Shown here in pieces: positions 31,467 to 40,443 of a DNA stretch of 64,000 bases. Source of the stretch: Chloroflexota bacterium (GTDB lineage Bacteria > Chloroflexota > UBA11872 > VXOZ01); NCBI GenBank assembly GCA_964291655.2, contig OZ219801.1:704001-768000 (forward strand), written 5' to 3'. The notes beneath the pieces are model-generated. The model did not search any database, was not told the DNA's origin, and was given only the letters and a program-made list of their open reading frames with translations. The translations under genes were made by a program, and so were the position numbers. Numbering within the stretch: position 1 is the stretch's first letter; each line of letters starts with the position of its first letter.

Positions 31467-32848
31467 ACCGACGCTTTTACATTACTCTGGCATTCATTGT
31501 CGTATTCGTCACGCTGGCAAGCTATGTCAATTGGCCCGGCAATCCAGGTCTCAACGTCGGTATCGGCAATTCGCGCCTTGTGCGCGACCTCCGCTATCAC
31601 TTAGGCCTCGACCTGCAGGGCGGTCTCCATGTAGTGTTGCGAGCCACTCCCGCGGAAGATCAGAACATCACGTCCGATCACATGGAAGCCACACGGGGCA
31701 TCATTGCCGAACGCGTGAATGCCTTGGGTGTCTCGGAGCCCATCGTGCAATTGGAGGGCACCGACCGCATCATCGTCGAACTACCTGGCGTAGCAAACCC
31801 GGATGAAGCCATCGCACTCTTCCGCGAAACCGGCGAACTTGCCTTCGTTGACCTTGGCAGAAGTTCAGTACCACCCATTCAGGTAGGCGGGCTCGTTGAA
31901 GGTGAGCAGTATCGGAGGCTCTTCACCGGGGCTATGGTTGAGTCTGCGGAAGTCGGCTTCGATGAGCGCAGCCTGCCGCAGATCAACTTTGAACTCAAAG
32001 ATGAAGGCGCGGTAATCTTCGAAGAGTTTACGTCTCAAAACGTCTGTGTACGCTCTGGCGGCTCACCGTGCACCTGGCTGGGCATTACGCTCGACAACTA
32101 CCTAATCTCTGCTGCTACGATCTCGAGTACCATCTCAAACCGCGGTCGCATTACGGGGAACTTCACCCTGGAAGAAGCGCGTGATATTGTCATCAAACTG
32201 AAATACGGCGCCCTGCCGGTACCGTTGGAAATAGCACAGAACCGAACCGTTGGCCCTACGTTGGGCCAAGACTCGGTTGACCGCAGCCTCCGGGCCGGAA
32301 TTATCGGCTTGGTGCTTGTTGCCACCTTCATGTTGATCTACTATCGTATGCCCGGCTTGGTAGCAGTCGTCGCCCTGCTGATCTACGCGCTCTTAGTGCT
32401 TGGTATCTTCCGGCTGTGGCCGGTCGTGCTCACGCTCGCAGGTATCGCCGGATTCATCCTCTCCGTTGGTATGGCTGTGGATGCCAATATCCTGATTTTC
32501 GAGCGTCTGAAGGAAGAGCTGCGCCGGGGCAGATCCTTGCGCTCCGCCCTTGACGTCGGCTTCGATCGTGCTTGGACGTCGATCCGAGACTCCAATATTT
32601 CCACGTTGATTACGTGCGCCGTGCTCTTTTATTTTGGTACGGGCATCGTGCGGGGTTTCGCCGTCACGCTTGCGATTGGCGTAATCATAAGCATGTTTAC
32701 GGCGATTACGATAACGCGCACGTTTCTTTACGTCGTGGTACGCCTCCCGCAACTGCGCGACCATCCGTGGCTCTATGGCGTTGGTCAGGAAGAAGAGCCA
32801 TCTCCCGAGCCTCGCCAAACACCGCCGCAGCAAGCAACGGAACCATAA
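31463..32848 (+). CDS. secD: Protein translocase subunit SecD
   Basis: [38 protein letters not shown]. Confidence 0.97.
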   Translation: MNRRFYITLAFIVVFVTLASYVNWPGNPGLNVGIGNSRLVRDLRYHLGLDLQGGLHVVLRATPAEDQNITSDHMEATRGIIAERVNALGVSEPIVQLEGTDRIIVELPGVANPDEAIALFRETGELAFVDLGRSSVPPIQVGGLVEGEQYRRLFTGAMVESAEVGFDERSLPQINFELKDEGAVIFEEFTSQNVCVRSGGSPCTWLGITLDNYLISAATISSTISNRGRITGNFTLEEARDIVIKLKYGALPVPLEIAQNRTVGPTLGQDSVDRSLRAGIIGLVLVATFMLIYYRMPGLVAVVALLIYALLVLGIFRLWPVVLTLAGIAGFILSVGMAVDANILIFERLKEELRRGRSLRSALDVGFDRAWTSIRDSNISTLITCAVLFYFGTGIVRGFAVTLAIGVIISMFTAITITRTFLYVVVRLPQLRDHPWLYGVGQEEEPSPEPRQTPPQQATEP

Positions 32849-32862
32849 GTAGTGAATCCTCG

Positions 32863-34350
32863 ATGTCGCTAGAATCTCGCCCCATAGACTCTGTTCGTGG
32901 GATGCTGGACCTCGACTCCCAGCAGACCCACGTGCAAGCTCAACTGCGGCAGTCTCTGCTCGATGCCTTCCAACTCGCTAGCTATGTCCCCATTGAAGTG
33001 CCGCTGGTGGAGCAGGCTGATCTCTACTTGCGCAAGTCCGGCGCCGAGACAATTTCCAAGATGTACACCTTTGAAGACTTCGGCGGGCGTCGCTTGGCGT
33101 TGCGCCCGGAACTCACCGCCTCCATCGTTCGCTACTACCTGGGAAACGATCAAAACTCCACTTTCCCGCTGCGATATGCCTACTCTGGGCCGGTGTTCCG
33201 CTACGAAAAACCGCAACGCGGGCGTTTTCGCCAGTTCTCCATGGCGGGCGTAGAGTTACTTGGCAGTGACGGGCCGTCCGCCGATGCCGAAGTGATCGCG
33301 TTAGCGTGTTGGACGCTCAAACGACTTGGCATCACGCAATACCGGCTCGTTATCGGTCACGTTGGCATCCTCTTGGAATTACTTGGCAGCTTGGGACTCT
33401 CGACCCGCTTGCGGCACTTTCTCCTCGATAGCATGGAAGACGTGGGGAGGCCCGGGCGGGGCCTGGGCTACGTGCGCAAACGCTTAGAAGAGATCCACCC
33501 TAACCGGCGGGCCGCAGCAACGACACAAGAGTCCTTTACCGGCTCCGAGGAGCAGGCACAAGCCACGCTGCGCGTATCGTTGCAGGAGATGGGAATCGAG
33601 CTCGACGGCAGCCGACCGGCAGAGGCGATACTCGGTCGGATGTTTCGCAAACAACGCGCTTCCGATGAAGATGAGCGCCTGGAACGCGCGTTTGAGTTTA
33701 TCCAAGGCTTGCACAACCTTTCGGGGGCACCAGGGGAAGTGCTGGAACGCGCGCGAAAGTTTCTGGAGTCGTTTGGCTTAGGCGACCAGCCCCTTAGCCG
33801 CCTTACTGATGTGGTTGCGGCGCTCCATGCCTATGGCATCGAGGATTCTCACGTGCAAGTGCAACTCGCTCTCGGGCGCGGCCTCCATTACTACACCGAT
33901 GTGGTGTTCGAGCTGTACGACTCCACAGGCCAGAGCCAGTTGTGTGGCGGCGGACGCTACAACGAACTTGTGCAATCCCTTGGCGGTCGCAAGTCCGTTC
34001 CGGCGGTGGGATTCGCGTTTGGCCTGGAGCGCCTCCGGCTGGCTTTGGACGAGCAAGGCGCTGCGCCGCCGGCTCCGCCGCCAACGCAGGTGCTTGTGGC
34101 TGCAGCCAGCACAGGCGCCACACACGCCAGCATGCAAACAGCGCAGCGGCTCCGGGAACACGGCATCAGCGCGGAACACGACCTGCGGCAGCGCACCGAA
34201 CGTGCGCGCATTGGTTACGCAAATCGGAGGGGAATTCCCTTTATCCTCTTAGTAGAGGACCAAAAAGACTCCGCAATCCTACGTAATCTATCCGAAGCCA
34301 CCGAACAAGCGCTTTCATTAGGTGAAGTGGTGCAGGTGCTGAATGGCTGA
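32863..34350 (+). CDS. hisS: Histidine--tRNA ligase (or HisZ-like paralogue) with an internal insertion
   Basis: Start moved to ATG 32863; VRGM, LRPELTA, FRYEKPQRGRFRQF, RGLHYYT, GGGRY, GFAFGLERL, C-terminal anticodon-binding-like domain. Confidence 0.75.
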   Translation: MSLESRPIDSVRGMLDLDSQQTHVQAQLRQSLLDAFQLASYVPIEVPLVEQADLYLRKSGAETISKMYTFEDFGGRRLALRPELTASIVRYYLGNDQNSTFPLRYAYSGPVFRYEKPQRGRFRQFSMAGVELLGSDGPSADAEVIALACWTLKRLGITQYRLVIGHVGILLELLGSLGLSTRLRHFLLDSMEDVGRPGRGLGYVRKRLEEIHPNRRAAATTQESFTGSEEQAQATLRVSLQEMGIELDGSRPAEAILGRMFRKQRASDEDERLERAFEFIQGLHNLSGAPGEVLERARKFLESFGLGDQPLSRLTDVVAALHAYGIEDSHVQVQLALGRGLHYYTDVVFELYDSTGQSQLCGGGRYNELVQSLGGRKSVPAVGFAFGLERLRLALDEQGAAPPAPPPTQVLVAAASTGATHASMQTAQRLREHGISAEHDLRQRTERARIGYANRRGIPFILLVEDQKDSAILRNLSEATEQALSLGEVVQVLNG

Positions 34351-35359
34351 AGCGCTGCGTCTGCTCGTGCCAAGCAAGGGCCGCATTGGGGAGCAAACAC
34401 TGGATTTCTTCGCCAAGTGCGGCCTTGACATCGTGCGTCCGAATTCGCGCGCATATGAAGCGACGTTCCCGACAGTTCCCAACGTGGCGATCCTCTTTCA
34501 GCGCGCGTGGCAAATGGTTGAGCAAATACGCAACGGTGACGCCGACGCCGGCATTACCGGCTATGACATTCTTTCTGAAATGCGGCAAGAAGGCGACAAT
34601 CTCGTGGTCGTCGCGGAAGACCTGGGGTACTCCCAGGGGAGACTCGCCATTGCGGTACCGGAGGAATGGATAGACGTTCGTACCTTGACCGACCTTGCCG
34701 AAGTGGCGCTAGAGTTTCGCGAAAGAGGCCGGGTGCTGCGCATTGCCACGACCTTTCCTGCCCAGACTCGCCAGTTTCTCTTCCAGCAGGGCATCACATA
34801 CTTCCAGGTGGTGCAGGCCGAGGGCGGTCTGGAGGCGGCGCCGACTCTCGGCTATGCCGATATCATCGTTGACTTAGTTTCCACGGGCGCAACGCTCAAA
34901 GACAACCGGCTCAAGATGATCGAACATGGGGTCATTTTGGAAACGCAGGCATGTCTGGTCGGAAATCGAGAACGACTGCGCGCGAGCGCTGCCAAGCGGG
35001 AGGCGCTGCGGCAGATCCTGGAACTCATAGAAGCTTCGCAAAGCGCCGAACCCTACTCGACGCTTACCGCAAACATGCAAGGAGACTCTGCAGAGGCAAT
35101 CGCGGCCAAGCTGGCGGCATTTCCGGAAGTCGGCGGTCTGCTCGGCCCGACAATTGCTCGAGTATTTGCCAGAGATGGGCAGGATGATTCGTGGTTCGCG
35201 GTAACCGTCCAGGTAAAATCCAGGAACTTGCTTTCTGCTGTGGCAAGCTTGCGGCAAGCGGATTGTATGAGCGTCTCCGTTACCTCTCCGCACTACATCT
35301 TTGCTCGGGAGAGCTCCCTTTACCGTTGCCTTCTCCAGACATTGAAATTGGAAGAATGA
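34343..35359 (+). CDS. hisG: ATP phosphoribosyltransferase, long form with plant-like C-terminal domain
   Basis: PSKGR, DAGITGYD, RIATTFP, GGLEAAP, ADIIVDLVSTGATLKDNRL. Confidence 0.93.
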   Translation: MAEALRLLVPSKGRIGEQTLDFFAKCGLDIVRPNSRAYEATFPTVPNVAILFQRAWQMVEQIRNGDADAGITGYDILSEMRQEGDNLVVVAEDLGYSQGRLAIAVPEEWIDVRTLTDLAEVALEFRERGRVLRIATTFPAQTRQFLFQQGITYFQVVQAEGGLEAAPTLGYADIIVDLVSTGATLKDNRLKMIEHGVILETQACLVGNRERLRASAAKREALRQILELIEASQSAEPYSTLTANMQGDSAEAIAAKLAAFPEVGGLLGPTIARVFARDGQDDSWFAVTVQVKSRNLLSAVASLRQADCMSVSVTSPHYIFARESSLYRCLLQTLKLEE

Positions 35360-35505
35360 GCAGCAGCGCTATCGCTGCGGGAAACGTCCGTGAGCATAAG
35401 GCCGAATTGAACAAGAGCCGAGGCTGTGAAACAAGCAGTAATCAAGCGTCGCAGATTTGGGATATAGTGTACGGTATTGCTATAAAGTTGCGCGAAACGC
35501 AATCC

Positions 35506-35530
35506 GTCATTCCCGCTTGCGCGGGAACCC
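35506..35530. repeat. REP-like palindrome, GTCATTCCCGC family
   Basis: GTCATTCCCGCTTGCGCGGGAACCC in the hisG-secF spacer. Confidence 0.7.
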
Positions 35531-35665
35531 ATCGTGTCTCTTTGCTAGACACCAATCCCGCTGGAGCGATGGCGACAAACCAATCAACCGCTCTGGCCGT
35601 CGCAATCCGGCCGGCGCGGGACAGACCTAAAACCACGCACATGAAAGACAGGGTAGCTGCATCAA

Positions 35666-36559
35666 ATGTTTGACATTGTCGGCCGCAGGAAGTGGGCTTA
35701 CGTTGTATCAGCGATAATAATCATTCCGAGTATTCTCTCGCTCATCATTTTCCGCTTGCAACCAGGTATCGACTTTTCCGGCGGTACTATCTATGAACTA
35801 CGCTTCGACGCCACACCAACTACCGAGGAAATCAAGCGCGTCTACTTGAGCCTCAATCTTGGCGAGCCACTCGTGCAGGCGACAGGTGAGGGCACGGTCA
35901 TTATCCGTTCAAAGGAACTGGGGCTAGAGGATAAGCAAGCCGTGCGCGGCGCTCTGGAGGAGGTGAACGGCCAAGCTGAGGAGCTGCGCTTCGAAGCTGT
36001 GGGGCCCGTGATCGCCCGGGAACTCACCCAGAGAGCCATTCTCGCGGTGCTGGTAGCATCAGTGGGAATTCTTGTGTACATCACATGGGCGTTTCGCCAT
36101 GTACCCCAACCTTTCCGCTATGGCGTCTGCGCGATCTGCGCGCTTGTCCACGATGTATTGATCGTGTTGGGCGTATTCTCCGTGCTGGGTTTCCTGGTGA
36201 ATAAAGAGATCGACTCTATGTTTATTACGGCCATTCTCACCGCCATCGGCTATTCGGTGCACGATACGATCGTGGTCTTCGACCGTGTGCGTGAGAATCG
36301 CTCCAAGTATGCCTACGCGCCCCTTCCCACCGTCGTGAACTTCAGTGTCAATCAAACAATCGACCGCTCGTTGAACACGTCCATCACGTTGCTCATTACA
36401 CTCTTTGCGCTTTACCTCTTTGGGGGTCTGGCCATCAAGGACTTCGTCCTGGCGCTCCTGATCGGCACGGCAACAGGAACTTATTCCTCGATCTTCATTG
36501 CCGCAAGCCTGCTGGTTGAATGGGACGTGTACTCTCAACGACGAGTTGAGGCGACGTAG
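35666..36559 (+). CDS. secF: Protein translocase subunit SecF
   Basis: GIDFSGG, VGPVI, LVHD, GYSVHDTIVVFDRVREN, RSLNTS, GTYSSIFIA. Confidence 0.97.
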   Translation: MFDIVGRRKWAYVVSAIIIIPSILSLIIFRLQPGIDFSGGTIYELRFDATPTTEEIKRVYLSLNLGEPLVQATGEGTVIIRSKELGLEDKQAVRGALEEVNGQAEELRFEAVGPVIARELTQRAILAVLVASVGILVYITWAFRHVPQPFRYGVCAICALVHDVLIVLGVFSVLGFLVNKEIDSMFITAILTAIGYSVHDTIVVFDRVRENRSKYAYAPLPTVVNFSVNQTIDRSLNTSITLLITLFALYLFGGLAIKDFVLALLIGTATGTYSSIFIAASLLVEWDVYSQRRVEAT

Positions 36560-36650
36560 TCGATCGCTTTCTTTCCCACGTCGACGGACAGCCTTCGCGG
36601 TTGTTGGCAATGCCCACGAGAGTTCAGGAAGACGGCGACTCACGCCCCCG

Positions 36651-36773
36651 GTAGCGCAGGTTCGCAACCTACGCTTGTGCACGGTCAACCAACCGCCGCC
36701 GGCAGCCTCATGGAAATTTGCCGGAGAACGTGCCCGGTCTTCCTGTGCTGGCGGGGGACAGGCCCCGCACTAC
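36651..36773. repeat. Inverted pair of GTAG-type REP palindromes
   Basis: GTAGCGCAGGTTCGCAACCTACGCT at 36651 and GCGGGGGACAGGCCCCGCACTAC ending 36773, between convergent secF and alr. Confidence 0.6.
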
Positions 36774-36829
36774 GGATAGGTAGTGAGGATCGAGCGAGTG
36801 GGGAGAGAACATCAACCGATTCCGAGCAG

Positions 36830-37978
36830 CTAGGGTACCGCGATGCGCGGCAGAGCGGGACTGATGCGGCTTACGATCTCGTAATTGATCGTCCCAACGT
36901 GTGTGGCGATGTGTTCTGCCGGAATCTCCGGTCCCAGCAGCGTCACCTCATCGCCGCTCGCGACGCCTGGGACATCGGTAACGTCAATGAGAGTCATATT
37001 CATCATCACGCGACCGACGACGTTTGCCAGCCTGCCGCGAACGGCGACTTCCCCTACATTCGACAATTTGCGATCATAGCCCTCAGAATATCCCACCGGG
37101 ATCACCGCGATTGCGGAATCACGCCGCGTGCGATGGGTGCGCCCATACCCCACTGTCTCGCCGCGGGCAACGTGCTGTATGTGCACGATGCGGGTCTTCC
37201 ACTGCATTACCGGACGGAGCGAAAGCGGTCGCTTCGAGCGCTCTGTCATGGCGATCTTTGTGTCCAGGGACGGCCACAACCCGTAGAGGCCGATGCCGAA
37301 TCGCACTAGACTGCCGTGTGCCGCCGGTTCCACCATCGCCGCTGCCGACGCGGCCATGTGTTGAAACGGCACACGCATTCCTTCATCGGCCAATGCCGCC
37401 TGCACGTCCGCAAAGCGCCTACGCTGCAACTGCAAATACGAGTCGTCAGCCGTATCTTCCGCCGTTGCAAAATGGGTGTAAATGCCTTCCACTTCAAGAT
37501 TAGGCAGCGACTGCAAGTGACGAAGGAATGCAACTGCCTCGCGGACTTCGACGCCAAGCCGGTACGTACCGGTCTCAATCTTGACGTGTACGGCGGCGGT
37601 CACGTTCTGCGCCGCCGCACGTTGAGCCAGGCACTCGGCGGAGGCCTGATCAAAGACTACCTGACGAAATCCATGCCGCACCACCTCGTCGGCTCGGTTG
37701 TGGGGTGTGTAGCCCATAATCAGGACCGGCAGCGACGCAGCGCCTTGGCGCGCAGCAGTCCCGTCCCCCAGCAGGTCCAGCGCTTCATCGAGCGAATTGA
37801 CCCCAAACCAGTCAACATGATTGGCAATGCTCTGGGCAACGACCTGCATCCCATGGCCGTAGGCGTTTGCCTTGATGACAGCCAACAGCGAAGTCCCCGG
37901 AGATAGCCGCTGCCTGAGCGTTGCAACATTGTGTTGCAGCGCTCCGCGACTGATTTCAAGCCAAGACAAGGAATCCAT
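36830..37978 (-). CDS. alr: Alanine racemase
   Basis: VIKANAYGHG (PLP Lys), HVKIETG..RLG, THFA, VGYG, GYSEGY, GRVMMN, GTINYE. Confidence 0.96.
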   Translation of the reverse strand: MDSLSWLEISRGALQHNVATLRQRLSPGTSLLAVIKANAYGHGMQVVAQSIANHVDWFGVNSLDEALDLLGDGTAARQGAASLPVLIMGYTPHNRADEVVRHGFRQVVFDQASAECLAQRAAAQNVTAAVHVKIETGTYRLGVEVREAVAFLRHLQSLPNLEVEGIYTHFATAEDTADDSYLQLQRRRFADVQAALADEGMRVPFQHMAASAAAMVEPAAHGSLVRFGIGLYGLWPSLDTKIAMTERSKRPLSLRPVMQWKTRIVHIQHVARGETVGYGRTHRTRRDSAIAVIPVGYSEGYDRKLSNVGEVAVRGRLANVVGRVMMNMTLIDVTDVPGVASGDEVTLLGPEIPAEHIATHVGTINYEIVSRISPALPRIAVP

Positions 37979-38144
37979 GTAGTAGGAGAGGCGCTTGGCA
38001 CAGGACGGAAGTCCGTGCCGCTTAGAATCCCTATCGGGATATCGCCCCTGTCCAATGCTCCTTCAGTTCCCCTCCTCAAAAAGAGGGCTTGAGTAAATGC
38101 GGATAGCTGAGTGCCCCAACTATCTTAGGGTTCTCTCTCCTTGG

Positions 38145-38656
38145 GAGACTATTGCGTAACTAGATCCTGAGGAACGTGTGTTACTCCCTCTCCCTGGGAG
38201 GCAGTCTCATAATCGCATCGCTCCGTGTAGGCTTGCCCTTCGACCCTTCGACAGGCCCAGGTCAGGCAGGCTCAGAGCCTGCCCCGTACTCGATACAGCC
38301 TATCGACACGATACGGGGGCGAACGTAACAGGCAATAATCCGTTCGTGCAGAGGGCTGCGCGAAGCCTGCCGCGCGAAGCCTGCTATGCGAAGCCTGCTG
38401 CGCGAAGCCTGCTGCGCGAAGCCCTTGTCGAAGTACGATTTAGCTTATCGAGTCGACCCATGAGACAGCCTCCTGGGGAGAGGGCCGGGATGAGGGGATT
38501 TCTGCTTAGCCCGTCATCTCTTCCAGCAAGACCGACACGCAAAAGTGCAATTACGGGAAAGGAGCTCCCAGATTGCGCAAATCTCCCCCTCACCCTAACC
38601 CTCTCCCGGCGGGAGAGGGGACTTTCCCGACCCGGCAAGAGTAATGCGAAAGTCTC
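38145..38656. mobile_element. GAGAC-ended MITE (cassette A) carrying an inverted CCCTCTCC-palindrome doublet; 233 bp without its nested insert
   Basis: TIR GAGACTATTGCGTAAC vs reverse-complement GAGACTTTCGCATTAC (12/16); CTTGG duplicated at 38140-38144 and 38657-38661; host is an imperfect CTCTCTCC-TTG-GGTAGAGGG palindrome. Confidence 0.7.
38198..38472. mobile_element. 275-bp non-autonomous element with IS1182-type ends (MITE B), nested in cassette A
   Basis: TIR GAGGCAGTCTCAT / rc GAGGCTGTCTCAT, nearly the same as the IS1182 ends at 57244/58887; TSD CTGG (38194-38197, 38473-38476) is the palindrome loop; interior is a CCCTTCGAC-family REP doublet plus a 14-bp repeat x4.5 (38353-38422). Confidence 0.8.
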
Positions 38657-38699
38657 CTTGGGTAGAGGGCGAGAGCCTGCCCCGTACTTGATACGGGAG

Positions 38700-39435
38700 G
38701 TGAGGGGACTCTCCTCACGTCAAGATTGTCGCGCCACTACGATCCAGATTAGTCCCACTCTTGCTCCCTCCGATTCCCTCTCCTCGGGGAGAGGGCTAGG
38801 GTGAGGGGACTCTCCTCACATCGGATTTTTCGCACCGCTCACTTCCAACTCAGCCTCATTATTGCTCCCTCCGATTCCCTCTCCTCGGGGAGGGGGCTAG
38901 GGTGAGGGGACTCTCCTAACGTCAAGAATGTCGCACCACTAGCGTCCAGCTCAGTCCCACTCTTGCTCCCTCCGATTCCCTCTCCTTGGGGATGTACAGA
39001 CTGGGCTGATAGGTAACAGGTGTTCGGGTTGATAGGTTACACATTGTACTGATTGACACCTTCGGGCGCTTTAGGTTGGGCAGAGAAATAGACGTTCCAG
39101 GCACCACGACATACTCATGTTCAGTTCGTGAGCTGGTGCCAGGGGAAAAACCGTATCCATAAGGGTATTGAGTTGGTCTAACTTCCATGGCATGGACACT
39201 GCATACAACGAAAACTCCCATATTCGATGGTGTAACCTATCAACCCGAACATGTGTTACCCATCAACCCGGTCTATACAGGGGAGAGGGCTAGGGTGAGG
39301 GGACTCTCCTCACGTCAAGAATGTCGCACCACTAGCGTCCAGCTCAGTCCCACTCTCGCTCCCTCCGATTCCCTCTCCTCGGGGAGAGGGCTAGGGTGAG
39401 GGGACTCTCTTCACGTCAGGACTGTCGCGCCACTA
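38700..39435. repeat. 101-bp tandem array, 4 units plus a partial, each with one CCCTCTCC palindrome
   Basis: GTGAGGGGACTCTC starts at 38700, 38801, 38902, 39295 (third unit lengthened by 292 bp of MITE plus TSD) and 39396. Confidence 0.85.
38993..39279. mobile_element. 287-bp MITE with IS481-type TGT...ACA ends (M1)
   Basis: About 49-bp imperfect TIR TGTACAGACTGGGCTGATAGGTAACA... / ...TGTTACCCATCAACCCGGTCTATACA; TSD GGGGA (38988-38992, 39280-39284); minus-strand remnant ATG CCA TGG AAG (MPWK) at 39193. Confidence 0.85.
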
Positions 39436-40221
39436 CGCTCTCACGCCACTGAGGACGATCTCGTGTCGAGTCAAGAGAAGGTCTTCACCAACGCGCTGTG
39501 GCGAAAGACCAGCCAGGTCACCTTCCAGCCCGTCCCAGAGCATTTTCCTCGCAATTTCGCGGTTCTCATCAGTGGTGTTAGCGGTCTCGAACCATTCACT
39601 GGCCAGCATTTCCCGCTTCAGCAGGCGCGCGTCTCGCACCGGGCAGCCAACGTCCGCCATCATCCGGCTCAATTGACTCTCGCTGAACGCCTGTACGTGC
39701 GAGTGCCCACGCAAGCGTTCCATGCGGTTGAAGTACGCCGCTTTCTGCGGGTCTTCCGGCATGCCGAACTCGCCGATAACCAGCCGGCCTCCCGGCGCGA
39801 GCACACGCGCCATTTCTTGCATAGCCGGTATGGCGTGCGTAAAGTGATGAACGCTAAAGCGGCATGTCACAACGCTGAACATCCCATCGGCAAACGGTAA
39901 GCGCGTTGCATCAGCCGCCGCAAAAGACATTTGCCCGTCACATGCCACGGCGCCGTCCGTATCTTGTTGCTCCGCGGCGCGGGCAAGCATGGCGGCCGTG
40001 AAGTCCACGCCAATGACTGAGCCGCTTCCCGTGATTTCCGCGGCAAGCGCAAACGCGACCAAGCCAGTGCCGGTTGCCACGTCAAGCGCGGTCGTGTCGG
40101 CTCCGGGCGTGGCCAAGGCGACCATCACCTCCACCGTGTCGCCCTGCCCGCCCGTATAGGATGCCGCGCGCTCCGTAAAGTGCTGTCGTACGTCCTGATC
40201 CGATGGTGCCTGTTCGCTCAT
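39433..40221 (-). CDS. Class I SAM-dependent methyltransferase (UbiE/Methyltransf_11-like)
   Basis: LDVATGTG, GVDFTAAML, ADATRLPF, EMARVLAPGG. Confidence 0.9.
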   Translation of the reverse strand: MSEQAPSDQDVRQHFTERAASYTGGQGDTVEVMVALATPGADTTALDVATGTGLVAFALAAEITGSGSVIGVDFTAAMLARAAEQQDTDGAVACDGQMSFAAADATRLPFADGMFSVVTCRFSVHHFTHAIPAMQEMARVLAPGGRLVIGEFGMPEDPQKAAYFNRMERLRGHSHVQAFSESQLSRMMADVGCPVRDARLLKREMLASEWFETANTTDENREIARKMLWDGLEGDLAGLSPQRVGEDLLLTRHEIVLSGVRA

Positions 40222-40443
40222 GTGCGATCTCCCAGATTCTATCGTTATGTCAACGGCAGTGGCGCGGCAATTTGCTTCGGTTCACTTACCTCGCAACAAC
40301 TGCCACCCCACCACATGAGTGCCGAAATCTTGCCGGAGACTTCCACTGCTGGCTCTAGCCTATCACGGCTCCACAGTCACGTCAGCCGACCCATTTTATT
40401 CCCAACAAACCACTATGCAGCGCACGACGCAGGAACGGATTGG

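Noticed and set aside
32572-32862. 97-aa N-terminal extension of hisS in the ORF track
   Set aside because: Overlaps secD out of frame; HisRS similarity begins after ATG 32863
38993-39279. MITE interior as a guide RNA matching the target palindrome
   Set aside because: No conserved CCCTCTCC or GGAGAGGG complement in either copy; the conserved TTGACA lacks a properly spaced -10
38700-39435. CRISPR array
   Set aside because: The variable parts are homologous to each other (units 3 and 4 are almost identical), the constant part is ~55 nt, the period is 101 bp, and there are no cas genes in the window
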